Assembly (NCBI GenBank): GCA_964036045.1
Contig: OZ038378.1
Location: forward strand, 76,880,001 to 76,944,000
Reading direction: 5' to 3'
DNA length: 64,000 bases
From: Eutreptiella sp. 'Long Island Sound 2002'
Taxonomy: Eukaryota; Protista; Euglenida
Shown: one piece after another, positions 13,101 through 23,255 of the stretch
How positions within the stretch are numbered: the first letter of the stretch is position 1
How the letters are laid out: the number at the start of each line of letters is the position of its first letter
Position numbers and translations under genes: made by a program
The notes under the pieces: generated by a model
The model's database searches: none
Told to the model about the DNA's origin: nothing
What the model saw: the letters and a program-made list of their open reading frames with translations, nothing else

Positions 13101-13450
13101 AAGCTGCAACAAGTGGATCAGGCTCACTTGGGTGTGTTGGAGGTACTCAGTGGCGGATGTACATGGCGATGATGGGGAAGGAAACGGAGGCAATCAATAG
13201 AAGAAAAGCAACAAAGGTAGGGGACCCTATGTGACAAAAGAATCACAGTAGGTCACCAAGCACACATGGCCGGGGAGGTCAGGATTGGGATGTTGGGTGG
13301 AGGAAGGTTGCTTGAGTCCCTGAACCCATTCCCACTCTGACCCTCAAGCCGATTCAACGGGTGGTTACACCCAAATCTGGGTGCAGAAATGGCACAAGTA
13401 GGCAAAATTGGGACAATTCCCATGGGTGGCCCGGGGAGCCACGGTTGAGC

Positions 13451-14340
13451 CTATGGCTCATGGGATAGGAGGCACGACCTGAGACTCATACCTAAGTGCA
13501 AGACTTGGAATTCGGCCAAGGCGTATAGGCTACGCTTACTGCATAGCAACACTTCAATCAGTGTCCACAAGAGGACACCAAAAAACATCGTGTTCGGAAA
13601 ATTGTTCTTGAGGCCATTTACAATTCGAACATGGTACTTGGGTTCTGTCAAGAAAAACATAGAGGTGCTGATATCAAACGGCTTCGCCTTAGTGGTCCTT
13701 TGGAAAAGACTGTTAGCAGGAGCCACATGCTCTACATCCGCTAAAAAGGTAGGCCATACCCTGGTAAAATCAGTGGCTATTCGACACACTCCAAAAACAC
13801 CCAGTGTTAAGGTGGTAATAGTTTTTCGGTAGGCGCTTTTTGAAAGCATTAGTTACCCTGCAGCCTGTGTGTGCATAGTCTCCAATGCAAATATGTTCAC
13901 TTCGAAGAAATGCCCCCCACTGAATTTTGTTTACCGTGTCCTCTACCGGAACCAACCTAGAGGCATCGGGGCAGCCCCACCAACATTTTCCCCCTCCGTT
14001 CGTCACCATCATTAGTTTGACATCCCCGGTCAGTTTACATTCAAACTTTTTGGTTCGTTTTTTCACATGGAATGTACAACCTACTTGTAGGTGGATGATT
14101 TGGGCACTTAGGCCCGCATCCTCATGTAAGGCATGCAGCCATGCGGCGTCATCGGCGCTGTCCATGCACGCCCACATCACTCATTTATGGAGGTCCCGTG
14201 CAGCAAAAAACCTTGAGGCCCAGCATTTTGCAAAGACATCTATCCTGGTGACCAATGTGTGCCACAATGCCGTTGCATTGGGGCATATTAAAATCCAAAT
14301 CTTCTCAATTTGCACTTGAAGCTCCCCTGGGGTCTCGGCT
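13451..14340 (-). pseudogene. Mutator/MULE-like transposase remnant
   Basis: WACMD-x-AWLHAL...CTFHVKK gives the MULE D...CxFH motif. Later RVTNAF(K)/SAYRK, across a 1-nt shift in an A-run, resembles TxNxxESxN with GAA>AAA. Contains stops and frameshifts. Confidence 0.55.
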
Positions 14341-14349
14341 ATCTTGAGC

Positions 14350-15400
14350 TATGTGAAAACGAGGTGTTTGAGTGTTGTTGTCGCTGCGCACCGCCGCTCG
14401 ATCATGTTGGGGCCATTGATAGCGTTGGTTGTTGCCGAGTACGGTGTTCCCCTTGTGCGTGCTTCCGCAAGATCACCACGCGTGCATTCGCGCGGGAGGG
14501 CCAACATCTGCCGTATTGATAACCTCAATCTCCCACCGGTGGCCCACAGGTACTTCAGGGGTGCGATGTGGCCCATGCGCCGGAGGACTTTGTTGACGGC
14601 GTTGTACCCGCAGGTGGGGGGTTGTTGTGGCCTGGAGGGGGGGTCCTTCCGTGTGTCAGGGCCTGCCTGTGGGTGATGGGGATGGCCCGGGTCGAGGGTG
14701 CGGCCGCCGTGGATGGCCAACGCCGCTTGATCCACTGGGGCAGGCAGAGCATGGCCAGCCCCAGGTGGTAGCCCGCCCGACCCGAGTTGATTTGGGGCAG
14801 GGCCCGGGCCGGGGCTTGGTCTCCCGGTTGGAGGACGCCCCTGAGGACCCTGTCTTGGGTGGTGGGTTCTCCCAGCGCCCCCGGGGGTGTGGTCCCTGGG
14901 GAGAGCATGGTGTCGGCCCGCCTGAGGACCCATGGGCCATGTGGTTGTGGGCCGGGGAATGCCGCGGCGGAGACTACACAATAGTGCCCGGGTACGAGGA
15001 TTGTACACCAGACCTCGGGCGGGGGCCGGTCGCTATTTGTCGGTGGGGGGGGGGGAGGTCGTCGTCGGGGTTGTGGTGGCCGGTGGCGCAGAGGGCAGTG
15101 TCACGGTCGGGTGCGGTGGCATGTTCCAATTGTTCCGGGTGGTTCGGGTCTGCCGGGTGGTGGTTCTCCGCTAGGGGTTTGTCGAAAGCGCGTGGTTCCT
15201 TCGTGGCTGACGGGGGTGTCGGTGTGGTGTGTCAGGGCCTGGCCCCACTCGATGGAGGGGATCCAGATGCGCTGGTCTTGCATGTGCTAGCCAGCCCTCC
15301 AGACGAAGAGGTCCACGATCGCCTCGTGGCACTACACGAGGGTCCTCATCGTTGTGGTGCTTGGCAACTGGGATGTACAATCCCCCACCACCCTAAACGA
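14350..15400 (-). pseudogene. GC-rich decayed coding fragment, probably retroelement-derived
   Basis: Frames with GC3-biased codons broken by TAG stops (HEAIVDLFVWRAG*HMQDQRIWIP; QDRVLRGVLQPG...LPQWIKRRW). No diagnostic motif. Confidence 0.3.
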
Positions 15401-15595
15401 CAACTACTAATTGTGGGCCCTTTGCGTGAGCGCACTAGGGCCTAATGGAAACACCGGCCCCTTCGCATGAGCGCACTGGGGCGTCATTCAAATCTTGACC
15501 TCTGTGCATGGGCACACTGGGGCCCAAATAAGTTACTGGCCCGTGCGCATGAGTTTACTCGGCCCTCATTGAACTCAAACGGGCCAATTGGGACC

Positions 15596-15790
15596 GCTGG
15601 AACCCCCGGTGGAACCCCTTACTCGAACCCCTTTATGCCCTGGAACCCTTTGCTAGAACCCCTGCTAGTACCCCTTCCAGCGCTGGAACCCCTTGCTAGA
15701 ACCCCCTTCCAAAGCACCCTTCCAGCGCTGGAACCCCTTCCAGCACCCCTTCCAGCACCCCCTTCCACCTCTGGGACCCCCCCCCCTTGT
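15596..15790. repeat. CTGGAACCCC-family short-motif array (downstream of cassette A gene)
   Basis: More than 10 degenerate ctggaacccc/ctagaacccc/ccagcacccc units with ccagcgctgg palindromes. Confidence 0.9.
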
Positions 15791-16262
15791 TTTGCCTTGC
15801 TCTTGCATTGACACCCCCCCCCCCCAAGGTACAGGCATAGGCATAGTGAAGCGGTCAAAGCGGTCTAATGGTCATAAATGTGCAATGTATCAATGTACTA
15901 CCGCGAACCTCGCGCCCCATGGCGCTACCTCTTCACTTGATTCCAAAATCACAGAGAATACAATAGTATAGCAGAAATTTGGGCCAATGAATGCATGCAA
16001 GCGTATAGGGCTGAAGTCTCGGTGGTGTCCGCAAGGGGTATACTATGTGAAGCCTCCCACTCGTGACACCACCTTAGGCACGTCGTGCACAGCGCGACTA
16101 ATGTCCTACGCGAGGTAACGCGCACCCACGGGCAAAAACCAAAAAAGGTGTCTCTTTGTTCAAGGTGGCACACTGCCATCAGCACAATTGCACACCATCA
16201 CGTACATGCACATGTGGGTCACTCGAGGGAATGGCCAACCAACAAGACGCAACTCCTAGGTG

Positions 16263-19200
16263 TTATCTCAGGTTCCAACAGGTCTCATCCAACAGGTCGC
16301 ATCCCCAGGTCCCAAAAGCTCGCATCTCCAGCGCCTACGCCTCCTTGTAATTGCCCGCCATCACTGCCAGCAGCTGCTTTGCCTCCTGCTTTGCTTCGGC
16401 GGTCTTGGTGTTGCTCTCCACCAGCTGCTTTTTGATACTTTCGTTCTGTACTTCCAACTCCTTGACCCGTTTCCGCTCATTGTCCAACCAGGCCTCGGCG
16501 TTCGCCCGTCCTGTGCGCTCCGTCTCAAGGTGCTTTGTTAGCCGGCCAATCAATGTCTCTGCCTTGCTCTTGGAGGCGTCAGATGTCGCCTTTGCCACCT
16601 CCGAGGGGACGCAATCTCTCAGGGTCACACTCATCTGCTGCGACAGGGCGACCTTGCACCGTTGTACCACCTCGTCATCCATAGCCCGAATGTCAACCAC
16701 TTCTTGGGACTGCTCGGATTGCTGGGACTTGGAGTGCAATAATTGTTGTGACATCGCTGCGCGGGTGGTTTGGGCCTTGTCCTTGCGCTGGGCTTTGTCC
16801 TTAGCCTTCTCCTTTGGCTCGTCTTTGGCTTGGTCCTTGCCTTCGTCTTTGTCTTTGGGGCTCTCCTTCGGCTGATCCTTGTCCTCCTCATCTTCGTCGG
16901 CTCCTTGCACCTTAATCGCAGCGCCCCTTGTGTGCCCCCGGTCGCCAACGTAGCTGCCTCTGTCCTCCTTCACCCATGCAATGAACGCCTTCATGGCGGA
17001 CTCTGGAACCTCATCTCCTCCAACGCCTTGCAGCTTCGCAGACCATACCACACACTCCACCCGTCCTCCTCATGGTACATCTGGTACGACCAAGATCGGT
17101 GCAGCCCTTTCCCGACACCACACATGAACTCACCTCGCTTCTTGCCTTGTGCACCCTCCATCCGGACCAGAAACGTGCGCGCCACCTTCACGCCGCTTGT
17201 TGTCGCCACATTGAGCTCCAAAGCCTTGTACCACGGGGTTTGCCCAAACTGGAACATCGCTTTGTCACGGCCCCCGGCTTTGCTCCTACACTCACTGGCG
17301 AAGTCACGACGTCGCGGGCGTGCCACGCGACCGACATTGTATCCACCACAGATGCTGCAGCACTGGCACTATCCCCTCTTGCCTGCAGCTCAGCCACCGA
17401 CTCGTCCCGCTGCACCAGTTGAGGCCACACGGCAACAGTTGCCTGAAAGAACAAGCAGTGCACGTAGTACAACATCTGCTGCAACCCCTGCTGGAACCCC
17501 TTTCTGCACTGGAACCCTCTGCCGGAACCCTGCTGGAACCCCCCTTCCAGCGCTGGAACCCCCTTCTAGCGGACCCTCCCAACGCCGGAACCCCTTCTTG
17601 CGCCTTCCTAGCACCCTTCCAGCACACCCTTCCAGCGCCAGAACCCCTGCTAGCACCCCTTCTAGCGCCCTTCCAGCACCCCCCCCCTCCAGGCGCAAAT
17701 TTTGCCTAAGGCTTCAACCCCATTGCACTCCATGCACATACCTGTTAGCAAGGGCACCAATACTCCTTCGGGCGCTCCGGGTCGGCCACTAGAAGCTCCG
17801 ATTTGACCAGGACAGGCGTGTCAACGACCCACGGTTGCCTGCCACGTCCCATCGCAGGATTTGGGTGAAAGGGGGGTCCACGTTGTCCTCCACCACTGCC
17901 ATCCCACCCACCTCGCCTTCGCGCACCACCATCAGGCTGCTTGGGTGCGTGGCAATGACAGGGAACTTGCTTGGGTTTGGGGCTCACGGCTCCTCCTCCT
18001 CGTGGACAAATCGGCCCAGGGGACAATCTTTGGGGGCGCAAGGCTGGGCAAATGCGTTGGTCACCGGGCCCGCTGAAATCTTTGCCGCCAGTGGCCCTCG
18101 GGCGATTAGTGGTGTACATTACCGTTTGATCGAAGGGCATCATCAACACAGGCGCAAACCCGCACAGATCCTCCTCCACAATCTTCTGCGTCCCCACATT
18201 GACTTCCCCTGCTCCCTCGGTATCGATCTGCGCATGCGCGTTGTCCACAGCAAGCACATCCTCCCCAAAAACCCGCTGACAGTCTGCGCACAGTTGACCC
18301 ACATGTACAGCACAAATGGGACTGTCGTCACAAGCCCAACACTTCGGCGGTGGGTCGGCCTTCACCTAACGGTTGCACCTGGCTGCTGTACAGTGCACGG
18401 CTTTCGGCGACGGCGGCGACGGCTGTTGCGCGGGGGCTGTAGCCTAGGATGGCGGAATGGTCGGCAATGTTGTCTGGTAGTGGACGCGGCGTGTCGCAAT
18501 GGCGGCAAAAGCGATGATAGGGGTTCATCCAGCCGGCGCTTCTCTCGGGACAGCCCCACCACGGTGAATGACGTAACTGCTCAAGATCCACAGGTCGCCT
18601 GCCAGCATACTCATCGAGACCTCCTGCCACAGGTAGGGAACACCAGAGCTAGAACCGTACACAAAGATGTTCTTGCGGCGGTCCATGGGGCAGTCTAGAT
18701 TCATAGGCATGAAGCACGAGAAGGTGTGCTCCACCCCAACGTTGTGCAACTCCAGCGGTAGATCCCAATACCATAGTTGTGGCCGATCGGACATTGCCCA
18801 CACTTACCCAACCTTCACCAAGAACAGACCCGTGTACTTTGTGGACAGGCCTTGCAGAACCCTTTGCGCCCTAAGTACGACGTGAGGTAGCTGAAGACCT
18901 TCGTCTTGACCCCCACTGCTCGTCGGAATCACCGCGTACACCGCATCCCTGTCCCCTGGATCGGGTGGCCGGTTTGGGCTTGGCCATGCCACGTTGAAGA
19001 TGCCGCCCCACCTCTGCCCCACGGTGTCCGCCTCTATCTTCATGTTCGCCAGCATCTCGCCATCCTTCGCCAAGAACTCCTCATTGAACACGTGCCACTC
19101 TGATCCAGCTGCGACAGGTCATGGTCCCTTTCCCGGAAGACGTCAGCCTGCTTCACCGGTTCGCTTGTCCCAATGAGCGGCAGGGCGTGGCACATGGTGA

Positions 19201-19795
19201 TGGGCAAGACCGAGTCCTTGCCCTCCATCAGCACCGGCGTAGTCAACCCCATGAGCCCCGGCTTCCAGCGGTACGGGGAGTTGCTCGTGAGGGAGTAGTT
19301 GGGGAGGGACATGGCGGGCTTGCTGTCCACCACGTTGCGGAGGGTGTCGAGCTGGGTGTGGTTGAAGGGGTACTTGTCCTTCCCGGCCTTCTCGGTGGTG
19401 GGCTTGTGGGCAGCGAAGAGGAGCGTGGTGCCCTCCATCCCCACATGACGCCGTTGTGTGTTGTTCATGGTGGGGTTCGCCCGTCCGGTGCAGGCTTGCA
19501 CAACATCATCCATATAGTCGGCGTGTACCCGGAGTTGCAGGATCGGCACGTGGGGGTTGTCCTCGAGGTTCCCATGTAGCCAAGCAGTGAGGGCGCACGG
19601 CTGCTTGTCGTTGTTGAAGAGGGTGCGGGTGAGGCGGATGCGGGCAATGGTGGTGCCCGGGGGAATCACCACCTTGGTGTAGGGGTGGGTGGTGAGGTTG
19701 GTGCAGCCCAAACCATCGGGGCCAGCATAGCCCCGAGTGCCCACGGCAGCCCGGGCAGCCCTTGTCTAGTCGACCAAGGGGGCCAACAAAGCCAT
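16263..19795 (-). pseudogene. Cassette A two-exon multidomain gene: GNAT-like + PhyH-like 2OG-Fe(II) dioxygenase + Cys/His Zn finger + unknown domains + coiled coil
   Basis: ATG at 19795 directly follows a pyrimidine-rich AG. ILQLRVHADY...RRHVGMEGTTLLFAA is GNAT-like. WGGIFNV, PQLW(Y)WD (18770-18762), FSCFMPMN and LAGDLWILSSYVIHRGG...IIAF form the HxD..H jelly-roll. CxxxxC..CxxC..CxxH..CxxC lies at ~18390-18280. WCPC is followed by CAG|GTATGT. Exon 2 from 17442 has the Y domain (LELNVAT..SYQMY..WSVECVV..LQGVGGDEVPE), an acidic linker and a coiled coil. Several stops and frameshifts. Confidence 0.7.
17443..17741 (-). other. Phase-0 GT-AG intron of cassette A gene containing a CTGGAACCCC array (17483-17690)
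   Basis: Minus-strand donor cag|GTATGT and acceptor ttgttctttcAG|gca. The downstream frame is open (track ORF 17188..17484 frame). Confidence 0.65.
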
Positions 19796-19846
19796 CTAGG
19801 GTGAAATGCAAGGGAACAATGGTGAAACAAGGGCGGCGGACCCCTT

Positions 19847-19975
19847 GCTGGAACCCCTTGCTGGAACCCTCTGCTTGAACCTTGCTGGAATGCACTTTCT
19901 GCGCCGGAACCCCTGCCGGAACCCCTACTGGAACCCACCTTTCTGCGTTGGAACCCCTGCTGGAACCCACCTTTG
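19847..19975. repeat. CTGGAACCCC-family array (upstream of cassette A gene)
   Basis: About 9 ctggaaccc(c/t)/ccggaacccc units seen directly. Confidence 0.9.
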
Positions 19976-20239
19976 TGCGCTTTTGGTCATTTTCGGGAAT
20001 TCAAAATAGCGTGTGGCCCTTCACAACATAGGCTTGCTTTGCACTTAGGACACTCATAGAAACTCGTACAGTGCCTCTTAGGCATTGTAAACGCGTGCAC
20101 ATCGTGGTTCTAGTGGTAGCCAAAAGTGGGGGGGGTTTCTGCGCACACCTTTTAGCGGCACATTCCACACCCGGGTTCAGATTCTAGTTCCCACTCAAGC
20201 TGTGATTCAGACTACAGCCGATGGCCATAGAATAGGGAC

Positions 20240-22345
20240 GACAGTGTTTTGTGCTAGCGGATAGTGACCAACCGTGCCAGGATTTCAACCCCCCCCCCCC
20301 CCCACAGGCCCCTCCTTCTCTGGTGCTGGTGCTGATGGTGTATGGCATACAACGCACAGATTCATCTCAGCCTTTCTAGAGTTGCAGTCTTGTGCCGTTT
20401 ATCACATGTGCTAAAAGCAGGCGTGTTCACAAATCTAATGACCTCATCCTGCACAGACATGGCATTTGACACTTCATCCTTACACCTACTACTGGTGTCG
20501 GCTACGCGCCAGCTACTATTTTTTCACGAACCCATGGCAGGTTGACCCTCCTGTGGCTTCCTCCCCTTTGCTGTTTTTTTCTCCCACATATGTGGAATGC
20601 CACTCTCCAGCGCCGTAACCCTGCTCGTGTTTTTACTTCCTCCTCAGTCCTCTCCTCTGTGACGTCCCTACGCAGGGCGCTAGTAAGGGCGTTCCATGTG
20701 GTTTCCGCCCTTCCGCGTTTGCCGCTCGGGTCCGTGTTGTGTTCTTTCTTGTGGGGAGGGGGGGAAGGGTTGGCGGTCCGGCCCCCGTTCCACCCTCCCT
20801 GCTCCTTGTCGTTGTTTGCGGTTCGTCGTTGGTGGGCGGCGGCGTGCGTCGCGGTTCGGGGCCCGTTTTGCAGGCCACCGGTTTGCCCGGGACCCGGGCG
20901 GGTGGGTGTCGTTGGGCCTGCCCCTCGCTGGGGGAGCGCGTCTCCTCGGCAGGAGCCGGGCACCTATGACTTTCTGCGCCAGAAAAAATACTGGAAAAAT
21001 TGGAAAAAATTTTGACTAAGCTTTTTTGTAATTTTTTTGAAAAGTAATTGTGACCTAAAATCCGCAAAAACTGCAAATGTGTCATTGTAGCCAACCTAAA
21101 TCACATGAAATGAAGTCCCTCTGCCCTTTTGCCGAGCATATCAGAAAAGTTTAACGTTGTTTTAAGACGCCGCAAGAAAAGTTTACCGTTGCTTCTTGCA
21201 AAGACTAACCCACAACACTGTGCAAAAAAAAGTAGCCGTTTGCTCCCTATCCGATGTCAATGCTGCCGAAAGAACCCTACTATTTGGTGGGCAACACAAA
21301 AAAATTGCTTGCAGCAGCCACCCTACGAATCCATTGATGTTGCCAAGCGGCATCAGAGTTCAGACTTGATTGTACAATAGCGCACCAAGTGGCACTGGTA
21401 GCGCATGTGACATGTGGGATGACCCTCCATTTTGGAGCACATTTCACAAACATGCCATTCATAAAAAACCAATAAGACAGGCGCTCCTGCACTGGTGTTC
21501 ACGCACTGTGTGCGCACAGCCAATTAGTCAGATAGCTTTTCGGAGACCACCTTGAATACCACCGACCACTGGAGAAGCACACTTTTGCAGACATTTCACA
21601 CAGCAGACATGCAGCGCGGGCACAGTGCTTAGAACCAAGGTTCAGAGCTGTGGAGTGGTACAACGATTCCACAGTGGCTGTGGCTGTGGATCTGACACGT
21701 AAGGATTGACTGAGTCTGAAACTAGGTAATGCAGTTTGGGACTGCCACGCTTGTAGGCCTCCCAGTGTGCATCAGGCTTAAAAAAAAAGCGGTGTGAAGA
21801 TTGTAGGCTGAGTTTAATTAGGGGGTTGTACGTCATTCACCATCAACAACAAAGAAGGAGGGGGGGGGGAATTCAAGCGCGGTTGGTCACTATTTGGTGA
21901 AAGGTAGAGAACACTGCGTGCCCTATTCAACTTGACGGGCAGTGATCCCAGAAGCACGAAAGCGGACTGAGGACGAAGTAAAAACACAAGTAGGGTTACG
22001 GCACGCTGGGCAGTGGCATTCCACACTTGTGGGGCAAAAAATAGGAAAGAGGAGGGAGCCACATGAGGGCCAACGTGCGATGGGTTGATGAAAAAATAGT
22101 AACTGGCGCGTAGCCTACACCACTGGTACCGGTAGGGAGGTATTGTCAAATGCCATGTCTGTGGAGGATGAGGTCATTCTATCTGTGGACATGCCTGCTT
22201 GTGGTAAACAGCACGAGACTGCAACTTCGGAAAGTCTGAGATGAACCAGTGGATTGTATGTCATACACCATCAGCACCAGAGAAGCAGGGGGGCGGGATG
22301 CAGGCACGGTTGGTCACTATTCGCTTAATGGCAGAGAACACTGCT
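20240..22345. repeat. Diverged ~400-bp inverted repeat pair (arms ~20240-20660 and ~21960-22345)
   Basis: cccacatatgtggaatgccactctccagcgccgtaaccctgctcgtgtttttacttcctcctcagtcc (~20583) is close to the reverse complement of 21963-22035. gatagtgaccaaccgtgcc (20260) is the reverse complement of ggcacggttggtcactat (22303). Confidence 0.75.
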
Positions 22346-23255
22346 GGCCCTGTTCCACTTGAGGGGGGGTTGTGGCTGACAGGTGCGGGCGTAAATGAAA
22401 ACGGGGAGGGGGCGCGAGTACCGTGGGAGCGAGAGCGCACGGGCACGGAAAGGACATGCGGCGCGATCCGACAGGACTATTGGACCGAGACCGCGGAACA
22501 CACAGAAAACATGGAATTGCTTACCGGTTGAGGTCAAGGGGCACCCGGACGAAACAACCCGTCACACACATCGCGAGGGCCGCGAGGAAGAAACGGCGAG
22601 AGGGGGGGGGGGATAGTGGGCACCGGCCCCGCCCCCGGCATGGCGTGAGTGCCGAGCACACACCAACCAGGCACTGCTCCCACCAATGCATGAGTGGGGC
22701 GCAGCACCGCGCACCAACCCTGTGGCTACGCAGCCTCGGCGCCAGCCCCGAGGTCCCATGGCGACAAGCCATTAGCACGCGCCCCGCATCTCCGGCACCG
22801 TGGGTGACCACACATTAGGGGGACGCCACAATGGGGAAGCGCCTGACATTAATTTGCTAGAGGCACGTCGACCGAGGAGTGGTAGAAGGGGAAGCCAGGG
22901 AGGGACACGGCTTCGAGTCCACTAGACCCGGTGGACCCGCCACCAGGCGGGAGGTGTGTCTTAAAGGGCCCCCCACTAGGTCCCGGGGAACGCATATTAC
23001 CTGGCCCGACCAGGTAGCCCCCTCGGAGACCGAAAGGCATCTAGTACCCGAACGATCAAACCTCAACCTCAAACCTCAACCCCCCCTTTCCATATATAAT
23101 TTGTATTGGATCCAAAGCGGGTCGGTGCACCGGCACCACGCGTCAAGGAGAGACACGGGAATGTGACGTTATGCCATCAATAATCATCATTTTTGCATGT
23201 TTTGGGCTTGAAACTCAATATGTTTTTCAGCTTTTTCGTGATCTAACTCAGTATC

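Noticed and set aside
13451-14340. MULE remnant as the transposase of cassette A
   Set aside because: It belongs to a different superfamily from the transposase linked to paralogous cassette B and is separated from A by an unrelated fragment. There is no evidence of shared termini.
16770-18698. Plus-strand ORFs 16770..17792 and 17835..18698
   Set aside because: They are antisense shadows of the GC-rich cassette A gene and its repeat array, with no motifs of their own.
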